Virus record (IMG/VR): IMGVR_UViG_3300032331_003707
Coordinates: 1 to 64,000 of that record
Direction: 5' to 3' (one strand)
Length of the DNA stretch: 64,000 nucleotides
DNA from: a virus
Shown: piece after piece, positions 48,251-57,293 of the stretch
Layout of the letters: every line of letters begins with the position of its first letter
How positions within the stretch are numbered: position 1 is the first letter of the stretch
Position numbers and translations under genes: made by a program
Notes under the pieces: model-generated
Told to the model about the DNA's origin: nothing
The model's database searches: none
What the model saw: only the letters and a program-made list of their open reading frames with translations

Positions 48251-48736
48251 ATGAACGTAGCAGAAATTAAACACAAAGTAGCAGAGCTAATGCTCGAATC
48301 AAAGACAAAATGGGAAAAAACATTTAATGGTATTGAACCCGCTACAAAAGAAGAACGAGATGCTTATGAACAGCATTTGAAGCTCACCAACAGCAAAATC
48401 AAACAAATCGTTCCACGAGAACTACAACTATGCATAGGCTTAACTGGATGTGCTAAGACAGTATGGAATGGTGATGTTGATAGAGAGATTGAAGCAGAGT
48501 TTGGTAAGGGTAATGGTGTGTATTGTGATAGTGAGTCAGGTATGTTTTATGCTAAGGCATCACCTAGGATGGTTCATAAGTTGATTCGATTCATTGATTA
48601 TAAGTTTCCAAACGAACTTGAACTAAGCATATCACCAACAGGCGATTGGGATGATAATGGTAATCCATGGTTTTACAACTGGAATGGTATTGAACGTTAT
48701 TTTAAGGAGTTAGAACAAGATGCCGAAAACTCTTGA
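48251..48736 (+). CDS. Hypothetical protein
   Basis: ORF ending within the next repeat. Confidence 0.6.
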   Translation: MNVAEIKHKVAELMLESKTKWEKTFNGIEPATKEERDAYEQHLKLTNSKIKQIVPRELQLCIGLTGCAKTVWNGDVDREIEAEFGKGNGVYCDSESGMFYAKASPRMVHKLIRFIDYKFPNELELSISPTGDWDDNGNPWFYNWNGIERYFKELEQDAENS

Positions 48737-48792
48737 GCCGAGGTTATTAAATGAACATTATTATCTTTATAGTATAATTAAAAAATACACAC

Positions 48793-49128
48793 ATGAGTAA
48801 AAAAACAAGCAAAATCATCACAGTATCCTTCAATGAAGGTAAAGAGCGAGTTAGAACAATGATTAGCGAGACATTCTCCCATATGATAGGTGATGTTGTA
48901 CTTGATCTACAACAACTCAAAGATAGTGGTGATTTAGATGAATTACAATCAACCACAAGCATGTTACAAACATTTCTAAGCATGCAAAAATCTATGTTGC
49001 TAAGCTTAGATAAGTGTTATTGCTTAGCAGAGATTGTAGGTTTAAGTAGTGAGTATGATATATTTGAGGAGTGTGAAGAGCAATTGGTTGGGGCGTTTTT
49101 AGGACAAAACATAATCATAATACAATAA
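48793..49128 (+). CDS. Hypothetical cassette protein
   Basis: Own CCGAG promoter, ACACAC leader. Confidence 0.65.
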   Translation: MSKKTSKIITVSFNEGKERVRTMISETFSHMIGDVVLDLQQLKDSGDLDELQSTTSMLQTFLSMQKSMLLSLDKCYCLAEIVGLSSEYDIFEECEEQLVGAFLGQNIIIIQ

Positions 49129-49205
49129 TAAATTCCCTAACTTCTTAGCCGAGATTTTCAAGTATTATATATTATCTTTATAGTATAAATTAAAAACATA
49201 AACAT

Positions 49206-49436
49206 ATGAAATTTCAATGTATTAAAGGTTTCGCAACATCAGATAATATATCTGTAATTGCAATGGAAGGTGATGTGGTTGAATTAATTTCAACTGATGA
49301 AGGTGAAGTTGTAGTGAATGGGATAGCAGGATGGTGTAATGGGTTTGAATTAAACTTCACACCAAGAGAATTCACTACACACTTCAGAACACTTGGAATC
49401 ACATATACTATTTGGGATAAGGATAAAGTAAAATAA
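49206..49436 (+). CDS. Hypothetical cassette protein
   Basis: Own CCGAG promoter. Confidence 0.65.
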   Translation: MKFQCIKGFATSDNISVIAMEGDVVELISTDEGEVVVNGIAGWCNGFELNFTPREFTTHFRTLGITYTIWDKDKVK

Positions 49437-49447
49437 AAACAAACAAT

Positions 49448-49990
49448 ATGAAAACAGTAGAAGAACAAATCGCAGAGTTACAAGACCGATTAAATAAACT
49501 TGAAAACAACTTAACAGAACGCTCTGAAGAGTATGAGCCGTGTTGTATTGAGGAGTGTACTTGTGAAGAACCTGAAACAGAAACGAATGAAGAAAAAGTC
49601 ATATTAAGACGAGGTGAGGTTTTAACAGAAGATGATAATGGACCTGAGTTTGACAGTGCAGGGTTTAGCGAAGCAGACCGCGAACCAGACCCAGAACAAA
49701 CAATATCATTCAATAGAGAAGAACTAATCACACTTGCTGCTAAACTAATGGAGCGAGCCTTAAAAGCAGCTAAAGAAGCAGTGGCAGATACTGAGTTTGA
49801 TGTTGATTCGTTAGTTTCATTAGAGTTAAATACGTGGAGTGGTAATACAATTGAAGTTGAGTTAGACAAAGACACAATTGTTGATAATATATGTAGTGAG
49901 ATTAGTGATACTATTTATTTAGATAATGACTCAGTTGAAGATGAATTACATGATATTTTAGTAGAAATAGGTAAAATAAAAATAAGTTAA
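49448..49990 (+). CDS. Highly acidic hypothetical protein
   Basis: Very D/E-rich, 180 aa. Confidence 0.65.
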   Translation: MKTVEEQIAELQDRLNKLENNLTERSEEYEPCCIEECTCEEPETETNEEKVILRRGEVLTEDDNGPEFDSAGFSEADREPDPEQTISFNREELITLAAKLMERALKAAKEAVADTEFDVDSLVSLELNTWSGNTIEVELDKDTIVDNICSEISDTIYLDNDSVEDELHDILVEIGKIKIS

Positions 49991-50358
49991 TTATGTGTGT
50001 GTTTTATATGTGTGCGATTGTGGGGACTTAGGTCCCCACTCTTGTTCCGAGGTAAAAAAACATTCGATATTATCTTTATAGTATAATTAAAAAATATACA
50101 CATATGAATCTAATTAAAGTAGAAAGAATCATTGCTCTAAAACAAAGACAAAAACAACTTGCAACACATTATGGCGAGCCAGATTGGGACCTTGAATGGG
50201 AATTGTCAGAACTAGAAGGGTCATTAACAAAACAGGAAGCATCAAAACTAATTGAACTCGAAACAGCAATACTATTTTAGTATTGTTGCCTTAACTCCTT
50301 ATCCGAGGTTATTAAGCAGATTATATTAAATTTATAGAAATAATAAAAACATACAATT

Positions 50359-50601
50359 ATGACAGTAAAAGAATTAAGAGAAGTATTAGCAGATTTCGAC
50401 GCAGACATGGAAGTACGATTCGCATACAACTATGGCGATTATTGGAATAGCGAAGTAGCAGCAGACATAACTGATGCAGAAATAGGTCAAGTTCAATACT
50501 CAGCATATCATAGATCAGACAAGGTTGTTGATCCTGACAGAGATAATGATGACGATAGCATAAATGCCTTAACCGCTCCACACGTAGTGATTTTAAGATA
50601 A
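50359..50601 (+). CDS. Hypothetical cassette protein
   Basis: Own CCGAG promoter. Confidence 0.65.
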   Translation: MTVKELREVLADFDADMEVRFAYNYGDYWNSEVAADITDAEIGQVQYSAYHRSDKVVDPDRDNDDDSINALTAPHVVILR

Positions 50602-50671
50602 TACAACTCCTTAGCCGAGATTCTAAAATGAACGATATTATCTTTAGAGTATAATTAAAAATAACACACAT

Positions 50672-51049
50672 ATGAAAATCTTATTAACACAAATCGAATC
50701 AGAAGATTATTTCTTGAATGCATTATGTAATGGCCTACATGAATTAGGTAATTACGGAGTTGAACTCGATTACAACGAGGATGAATATAAATTATCACGA
50801 GCATCATTAGGACCAAATGCACCGTGTTTTGAAGATGTATTGATGCAAATGTTACGTGATGGTTACAAATTAGATTTTACTGATACTGAAGCAGAAGAAA
50901 CCACATCTATTACAATGCATGACGTTTACGCTAAGGTACAGGAAACAGATATACGTCATTTATTAGATATGATAAATGAACGAGACGATGCTATAACAGC
51001 AGATGCTATATTACAAACAGTTATATATGGTGAGGTTATCTTCGGATAA
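50672..51049 (+). CDS. Ocr-like/acidic hypothetical cassette protein
   Basis: Acidic; ends DAITADAILQTVIYGEVIFG; own promoter. Confidence 0.55.
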   Translation: MKILLTQIESEDYFLNALCNGLHELGNYGVELDYNEDEYKLSRASLGPNAPCFEDVLMQMLRDGYKLDFTDTEAEETTSITMHDVYAKVQETDIRHLLDMINERDDAITADAILQTVIYGEVIFG

Positions 51050-51119
51050 CCTTACCTTTTAGCCGAGGTTATTCAACATTTGTTATTACTTTTATAGTAT
51101 AAGAAAAAATAACACACAT

Positions 51120-51389
51120 ATGAAAAAGTATCAAGACATACCCGAAATTACCGAGTATATACAAGCCCAAGAACTAATGATGTTAGCAGATTTAGCTAGG
51201 TTTGGTATTAGTGAAGGTAAGTTTCAACTTGAATTGTGTAAAGAAGAATTGAAAGCAACACCAGACATGGATGAACGGGAAGAAATTCTATTACAAGCTA
51301 AAGATATACAACATCATATCGATACATGTAATGAAACACTAAAATTCTTCAAAACGGAATTAAAATCATTAGTGTATATATTTAATTAA
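51120..51389 (+). CDS. Hypothetical cassette protein
   Basis: Own CCGAG promoter. Confidence 0.65.
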   Translation: MKKYQDIPEITEYIQAQELMMLADLARFGISEGKFQLELCKEELKATPDMDEREEILLQAKDIQHHIDTCNETLKFFKTELKSLVYIFN

Positions 51390-51460
51390 CCCTAATTCCT
51401 TACCCGAGATAAGGGAATAAATGATATTATCTTTAGAGTATAATTAAAAAATATACACAC

Positions 51461-51718
51461 ATGAGTAAAAAAACAATCAAAATTAACCTAAACGCAAACA
51501 CAGAAAAAGAATTGTTGTATAGACATTCATACGATTTAGGAACACTAATCGGAACAATGAGTGGTATATTAAAATACACAGATACTACTGACGAAGTGAA
51601 ACGTTTAATACTTAGATCACTACGTGAAATTGAACACGGTGATTCAGAATATAGTAAAAGTAAGATTAAACAGTTAGAAGCATTGGCGGATAGTTTTGGA
51701 TTCGAATTCGAATCCTAA
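51461..51718 (+). CDS. Hypothetical cassette protein
   Basis: Own CCGAG promoter. Confidence 0.65.
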   Translation: MSKKTIKINLNANTEKELLYRHSYDLGTLIGTMSGILKYTDTTDEVKRLILRSLREIEHGDSEYSKSKIKQLEALADSFGFEFES

Positions 51719-51794
51719 ACTCTTTATCCGAGGTTTTAAGATAGATATTCATATTTTTATAGTATAAGAAAAAATAATAAACACATAAAAGCAT

Positions 51795-51995
51795 ATGAAC
51801 GCAGATATCCACTTCACAGACGACCAAGGTAATGAGTTTTATGTTGGGATAAGAAATGGTGAATTAAGTCAAGTTTGGAAAAATAAAATGGACCTACATG
51901 ATTTTAGAGTTTATTATGAAGAATTAGATAAAATAGAACCTAACCATGGTATGTTTATAGATAGTGATGAATGGGAGAAAGAAATGGGTAGATAG
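51795..51995 (+). CDS. Hypothetical cassette protein
   Basis: Own CCGAG promoter. Confidence 0.65.
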   Translation: MNADIHFTDDQGNEFYVGIRNGELSQVWKNKMDLHDFRVYYEELDKIEPNHGMFIDSDEWEKEMGR

Positions 51996-52083
51996 TACCC
52001 TAACTGTTTAGCCGAGATTATTGAGTAAAATATATTATCTTTATATCATAAGAAAAAATAATAATCAAATAAAACACACAATT

Positions 52084-52260
52084 ATGCAAAGCGAATTACA
52101 GAAAATCATCAGTAACTTACTTCAATGTGGTATCAGTCAAAGTCAAATCGATGCGTTCGCAGCATTATATAGCGAAGCAGAAAAATTGAAAATTGAATTT
52201 GAAGAATTTGATCAATACGAAAAGGACGGACCATTGTACATCACATTGAAAATAAAATAA
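52084..52260 (+). CDS. Hypothetical cassette protein
   Basis: Start reassigned to MQSELQK after the promoter. Confidence 0.6.
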   Translation: MQSELQKIISNLLQCGISQSQIDAFAALYSEAEKLKIEFEEFDQYEKDGPLYITLKIK

Positions 52261-52279
52261 TAATTAAAAATAAAAAATT

Positions 52280-52435
52280 ATGTATAGTTTAGATTGTTCC
52301 TACTACACAAAATCATTTACAACATTAAATGAGTTAATAGATGATGTGACAATATCAGGCATGGACCCAAATTATGAGATAACACGTGACGGAAAAGGAA
52401 TAGGGGAAAATGCAATTGATTACCTAGTATTTTAA
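52280..52435 (+). CDS. 51-aa protein, copy 1 (MYSLDCSYY...SGMDPNYEIT)
   Basis: Read from sequence; paralog at 54147. Confidence 0.75.
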   Translation: MYSLDCSYYTKSFTTLNELIDDVTISGMDPNYEITRDGKGIGENAIDYLVF

Positions 52436-52505
52436 TCCGAGATAAGAAAGCAGATTATATTAAATTTATAGTATAAGAAAAAATAAAATATAATACCAGA
52501 AAAAC

Positions 52506-52805
52506 ATGAAGACACAGAACGAATTATTCAAAACATTCCTAAACGAGAATATCAATGAATTGAAAGATGTATTGGTGGATACGTTTGAATTAGATGAGGA
52601 TAATGTGAATGATATTGTTGGGTTTGACGGAAACAATTATGATGGGTATTATGGAGTAGATAAAGAAGGAGAATGTGTAACGTTTGGATGTGATATATTT
52701 GAATCATTAGATGATGATTTTGAAGAAGATAATGGTGATGATGTATCGATTGGAACAGATGTGATTGGTGGGAAAGAAATATATTTTGTATGTTACGATT
52801 TCTAA
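52506..52805 (+). CDS. Extremely acidic small protein (DNA-mimic candidate)
   Basis: D/E-rich, 99 aa; own promoter. Confidence 0.6.
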   Translation: MKTQNELFKTFLNENINELKDVLVDTFELDEDNVNDIVGFDGNNYDGYYGVDKEGECVTFGCDIFESLDDDFEEDNGDDVSIGTDVIGGKEIYFVCYDF

Positions 52806-53011
52806 AATCCTAACTCATTGTCCGTGATAAAGAAAGAAAATATATTATCTTTATAGTATGAAAGGAAAAATAACAGAAATGATAGTATCAATCATCACAA
52901 TGTATTTGATTGGTAGTTGTATGTTTTTATCGTTTAATCCATATGAATGGAGTATAACGGGAATAATCATATTAACATTAGTATTAGGAAAAGTATTAGG
53001 AGATTTGTATT

Positions 53012-53263
53012 ATGGGACAAAAGAATAAATTTAGTTCGTATAAACATTATCTAACATATCTAACTAATCATGGAGATGTGGAGAGTGATATGATAGAGAA
53101 ATTCATTGAAACGGGATTGTTGATAAAAGAGAAACAAGTGACGGTGGATGGGTATGAAGCGATTGGGTTTCGTGTGATGACGGAACGTGAATTTAACGGA
53201 TCTAAGATGAAGAGAAATGATATTTTTAGTCGTGTTGAGAGATGGTTAATTGGTGACAAATAA
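53012..53263 (+). CDS. Hypothetical protein
   Basis: ORF track. Confidence 0.5.
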   Translation: MGQKNKFSSYKHYLTYLTNHGDVESDMIEKFIETGLLIKEKQVTVDGYEAIGFRVMTEREFNGSKMKRNDIFSRVERWLIGDK

Positions 53264-53496
53264 AGATAGTGTGTGTTGTTTTAGGAATGGGAATTGGTGG
53301 TATGTGACATACGTATATATCAATGATATTACGGAATTATGAACACATGCTACCTTCCCCCCATCGCCTTCCAAATTTAGATAAGTAAAAAGAGGATATT
53401 TGTATATATTTTCCCTAACTCCTTATCCGAGGTTCCAAAAAGAAGGAATATATCTTTAGAGTATAAGTAAAAAGATATAAATTAAAAACAACAACT

Positions 53497-53697
53497 ATGT
53501 TAAGATGGATGTGGGATATGTATGGTATGTTTTCTTTAATGAAACTACTAATGTGGGACCTACCATTTATGTCCCTGAAGTTTACATATTACATGTTTAA
53601 GTACACTATCATAACGATGTATTATGTTATGAAGGGTTGTTTTGAAATGTTTAAGCTTTTTTATGTATTCATAAAGTTTTTAACAGGTATTTTTTAA
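53497..53697 (+). CDS. Met/aromatic-rich hydrophobic small protein
   Basis: Own promoter and downstream terminator. Confidence 0.55.
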   Translation: MLRWMWDMYGMFSLMKLLMWDLPFMSLKFTYYMFKYTIITMYYVMKGCFEMFKLFYVFIKFLTGIF

Positions 53698-53787
53698 GAG
53701 ATAAAAAGGGAACTTGAATAAGATTCCCTTCTCTTTATTCGAGATAAGAAGAAAAATGAACGTATTTTTACAGAAAAAAGAAAACAA

Positions 53788-54099
53788 ATGATTAAGATAA
53801 ATAAACACCCAGAATCAATCGACAACATGAGTAACCTAATAGAATCAGGGTTCACCATGAAATTCGAGAACGGAAATACTATCAGTGTTCAGTTCGGTGA
53901 TTTTAATTACAGTAGTAATAAAGATAAAGGAACAAAGAACACTGCAACATCAGCAGAAGTAGCAATATGGAACAGTGATGGGACGTGGTACGATTTTGGT
54001 GATGAGTTATATATTAAGGGATGGTGTGGTGTTGATGAGGTAGCGAAGTGGGTTTCATTTGCTGCTACCAATGTTTTTAGCCAAGGCTCTGAAGCATGA
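53788..54099 (+). CDS. Hypothetical phage protein (F.NG.TISVQFG...SAEVAIW family)
   Basis: Own promoter. Confidence 0.65.
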   Translation: MIKINKHPESIDNMSNLIESGFTMKFENGNTISVQFGDFNYSSNKDKGTKNTATSAEVAIWNSDGTWYDFGDELYIKGWCGVDEVAKWVSFAATNVFSQGSEA

Positions 54100-54146
54100 T
54101 ATCGTACATTTATAGTATAAGAAAAAATAATTAAACACACACAATT

Positions 54147-54302
54147 ATGTATAGCTTAAACTGCCATTACTACACAAAGCAATTCCCAGCATTAAACGAA
54201 TTGATAGAGGATATAACTATATCAGGTATGGATCCAAATTATGAGATAACACTTGATGGAGAAGGAACAGGAGAAGAAGCAATTGATTTCATTACTTTCT
54301 AG
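54147..54302 (+). CDS. 51-aa protein, copy 2 (MYSLNCHYY...SGMDPNYEIT)
   Basis: Read from sequence; paralog at 52280. Confidence 0.75.
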   Translation: MYSLNCHYYTKQFPALNELIEDITISGMDPNYEITLDGEGTGEEAIDFITF

Positions 54303-54525
54303 CCGAGACTCTAGAACATGATATATTATATTTACATAAAAAATAAAGGTTATGAAAAACAACAACACAGCACATTTGGGTAAGTATGTAGTGGTGAACA
54401 ATGTCCCACACAAGTTCGTAAACGGAAAATTAATAGCGCTAACCAAGAAGGGTTAAGCGCTATTTTTTATCCGAGACAACACATTGTTTAGTCGTATATT
54501 TAGCTTGTAATAAAAAAACACACAC

Positions 54526-54984
54526 ATGAAAATTACAGCATCAACCCCAATCACATCGCTCACCAGCAAAGAATTAACAACGGTAGTGATAAACACAGTA
54601 CAGTGGTGTTTCGATAATTTGAAACAACCACGTCGTCACAGAGTGTTCAACGGTATAAAATTAACCATGCCTGAGATGCATGTGTTCATTTCACGTAAAC
54701 GTGGTTATGATTTGAATCCGAAAAACAATTGTCGTGGTGAATACAATCCATTCATCAACCAAATCATCATTGTTAAAAACAACATTGATAGTTTCGAGGA
54801 TTTGGTCGACACAATCATTCATGAGTATACTCACTCAACACAAACATTAGGTAGCTATGCTAAGAAGAGCCTAAAATATGGTTATTATGATAACCCGTTT
54901 GAGGTTGAGGCACGTACTGTTGCTGCCATTCATACTGATGATTGTGTGTTTGATGTTTGTAAATTGTTAAATCCTAACTATTGA
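54526..54984 (+). CDS. Zincin-like metallopeptidase
   Basis: GEY, TIIHEYTH..Q, NPFEVEAR. Confidence 0.8.
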   Translation: MKITASTPITSLTSKELTTVVINTVQWCFDNLKQPRRHRVFNGIKLTMPEMHVFISRKRGYDLNPKNNCRGEYNPFINQIIIVKNNIDSFEDLVDTIIHEYTHSTQTLGSYAKKSLKYGYYDNPFEVEARTVAAIHTDDCVFDVCKLLNPNY

Positions 54985-55058
54985 TCCGAGATTACAAAGC
55001 GTATTGTCGTATTTTTATAGTATAAGAAAAAATAATAACAACACATAAACACACGATT

Positions 55059-55253
55059 ATGACAATTTCAGAAATGATTGAACAATTGACCGAGTTAAAA
55101 GCACAACACGGTGACATCGAAGTAGTATTGAACGTTACTGATCACACTGATTGGGATTACAATTTTGAACACCCCGGTTTTGATGTTGGTGAGGTGTATG
55201 AAGAGGGGTTTGATGAAGATACTAACTATTGTATCTGTAGTATACAAATATAG
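55059..55253 (+). CDS. Hypothetical cassette protein
   Basis: Own CCGAG promoter. Confidence 0.6.
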   Translation: MTISEMIEQLTELKAQHGDIEVVLNVTDHTDWDYNFEHPGFDVGEVYEEGFDEDTNYCICSIQI

Positions 55254-55344
55254 TCGTAGTTACCTATCCGAGATTAGAAGACAAATGTTCGTATTTTTAT
55301 AGTATAAGAAAAAAATAATAAACACAAAAACAAAACACACAGTT

Positions 55345-55701
55345 ATGAAAAAGAAAAACACAACAACCCCAGCTCCAGTAGTAGTAACAGTTCAATTAGG
55401 TCGTCCAGTTAACCCGACCAGTGAGCGTCAAAAGCGTTTAGCAGCATTTGCAGAGCGTGAAAAGTTAGGTGTAACAGTTAAGCGTGGTCGTCCTGTAGTG
55501 AGTGACAGTGACCGTCAAAAGCGCCTTGCCGAGCAAGCACAACGTGCAGCAGCAAACGGTGGTGTAGCGAAGCGCGGCCGTCCAATTAAAACTGACAGTG
55601 CACGTCAAGCGCGTTTAGCAGAGCGTGAAGCCAAAATTGCTAGCGGTGCAGAAATTAAGCGCGGTCGCCCTGCAATTGCGAAGTTGCCCGAAGTTAAGTA
55701 A
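55345..55701 (+). CDS. Basic repeat protein with AT-hook-like (K/L)RGRP motifs
   Basis: LGRP + 3x KRGRP; the first three are followed by S.RQ.RLA. Confidence 0.75.
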   Translation: MKKKNTTTPAPVVVTVQLGRPVNPTSERQKRLAAFAEREKLGVTVKRGRPVVSDSDRQKRLAEQAQRAAANGGVAKRGRPIKTDSARQARLAEREAKIASGAEIKRGRPAIAKLPEVK

Positions 55702-56115
55702 TTGTAGAGTGCGATTAGTAAGTAGTGGGTCCCGTAGTGGGGCCCACTGTGTTCGTACTTAGTGCGCCATATATACGCCATATATAACGCGGTATAACTG
55801 CCGTACCTACCACGCGCACCGCTGTCACTCGATGCCGCGTACCGGGCAAAAAGGAGTTGGATTAACAACTATATAGTATATAACTATACAAGCCGATGAA
55901 GTATATACTTATATAACCACTAGCCACCCTGCGTCTCCAAAAAATAACCCATTTTTAACTATAGGCATTTTGGGAAAAATCCAACGGATCGCAAATCGTA
56001 GAGACTAACAATCTTTTGCGTCGATGAAGGATATACGTATATTTCATTTGACTACCAGTAGACAACAAAAGAGACCCATTACGGGTCCCTTTCATGTTTC
56101 ACCAGAAATCCTAAC

Positions 56116-56478
56116 TTACTTTGATGATGATGGTGTGTTAGGACTCTTTTTTGGTGATTTTTTGTAGTACTTTTTAGTAGCTACCTTTGGAGTCGTCGGT
56201 TGACCACTTGTGGTCCCATTCTGAGAAGATGGTTTAACCTCGTCCTTTTGCATCTTGAGTTTATCAAGTGCTTGTTTTAAATCAAGATTGAGCGAGTAAA
56301 CTTTCAGTTTGAACTCCTCCGCTTGGACACCAATTTTGTTTAGTGCTTCTTGCGTTCTTTGATTTGTTGTTTTAAGCGCGTCTGTGAGGTTCATGCTGTG
56401 TTTTACGTTTCTGTAAAGCAATACGTTTACCACCAATGATAACGCGAATAAAACTGATAATGATGTTAATAAAATCAT
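56116..56478 (-). CDS. Membrane-anchored coiled-coil protein with basic tail
   Basis: N-terminal TM, coiled coil. Confidence 0.6.
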   Translation of the reverse strand: MILLTSLSVLFALSLVVNVLLYRNVKHSMNLTDALKTTNQRTQEALNKIGVQAEEFKLKVYSLNLDLKQALDKLKMQKDEVKPSSQNGTTSGQPTTPKVATKKYYKKSPKKSPNTPSSSK

Positions 56479-56584
56479 AATATATTATTTAATAATTATA
56501 CCCCAATATAATAAAAGTATATACGTAGGCACGTTTAGGGGGTGAAGTTTTCAAGGAGTTTTTAATATTTATTGTAAAAATAAT

Positions 56585-56917
56585 ATGGTAGAGAAATTTT
56601 TGAAGGAATATTGGTTAAGAATATTCCCTTGGTTTACAACTGTAGTCTTGTTAACGCTGTTAGTAATTGTTTTAAATCGACCCAAATACGTTTCCCCACC
56701 ACCTCCTGTAGATAATCGTATAGATAGTTTACAACAAATAGTAAACCAATTACACATTGATTTATTGGATGCACGACATGATTATGATAGTGCACAATCA
56801 AACATAAAAACAGATATAGTAACAATAAGAATACAAAATGCGAAAGACGTTAGCAATATTAGCAATTTTAGTACTAAGCAGCTTGACAGCGCTTGGTCAG
56901 CCATCACTATCCCCTAA
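56585..56917 (+). CDS. TM + coiled-coil protein (spanin-like candidate)
   Basis: N-terminal TM, Pro stretch, coiled coil; AATATTTAT motif upstream. Confidence 0.4.
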   Translation: MVEKFLKEYWLRIFPWFTTVVLLTLLVIVLNRPKYVSPPPPVDNRIDSLQQIVNQLHIDLLDARHDYDSAQSNIKTDIVTIRIQNAKDVSNISNFSTKQLDSAWSAITIP

Positions 56918-57293
56918 ACGTATAATATATAACGGTGACACGGGTGTGTTCTTTATACGCACACAAGAAGTAGCTTTGTTACAACTTATAAAACAAGGTG
57001 AAGGACTTAAGAAAGAGAATGCACGTTTACTTGATTATCAAATCAATTGTGATAAACAAACTATATTAGAACGTAAAGCGTATGATACTCTTTATACTAA
57101 ATTCGGTGAGATGACTAGTTTAGCTAATGAGTATAAGGTTAAGTATGAGAAAGAATGGTCTTTACATAAAGAAACCCAAAATGAGTTAGATACTCAAATT
57201 GGGTTAACCACTAAGTGGAAAAAACGGGCTATTGGTTTAGGTGTAGGTAATTTAATTTTAGGTGGAACTATATATTTAATTATTACCTATTAA
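56838..57293 (+). CDS. Signal peptide + coiled coil + C-terminal TM protein (spanin-like candidate)
   Basis: Overlaps the previous ORF in another frame. Confidence 0.4.
   Translation: MRKTLAILAILVLSSLTALGQPSLSPKRIIYNGDTGVFFIRTQEVALLQLIKQGEGLKKENARLLDYQINCDKQTILERKAYDTLYTKFGEMTSLANEYKVKYEKEWSLHKETQNELDTQIGLTTKWKKRAIGLGVGNLILGGTIYLIITY

Larger units (their letters stand above)
33961..55310 (+). repeat. Dispersed array of ~28 promoter-like repeats: (CCCTAAYTCY)TTAKCCGAG-N19-TATCTTTATAGTATAA
   Basis: CCGAG or close variants at about 33969, 36685, 39338, 42245, 44932, 45917, 46103, 46615, 47465, 47848, 48738, 49149, 50047, 50303, 50615, 51063, 51404, 51728, 52012, 52437, 52822, 53427, 53739, 54081, 54303, 54471, 54986, 55268; 19-nt spacer in every copy counted. 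Confidence 0.9.

Noticed and set aside
33961-55310. CRISPR array interpretation of the CCGAG repeats
   Set aside because: Repeats are bipartite and degenerate and are separated by whole ORFs of variable length; no cas operon is present
823-55868. Short minus-strand and nested alternate-frame ORFs in the track (e.g. 823..1140, 2114..2377, 38465..38746, 49408..49875, 55605..55868)
   Set aside because: Shadow ORFs of well-supported plus-strand genes, without promoters or leaders
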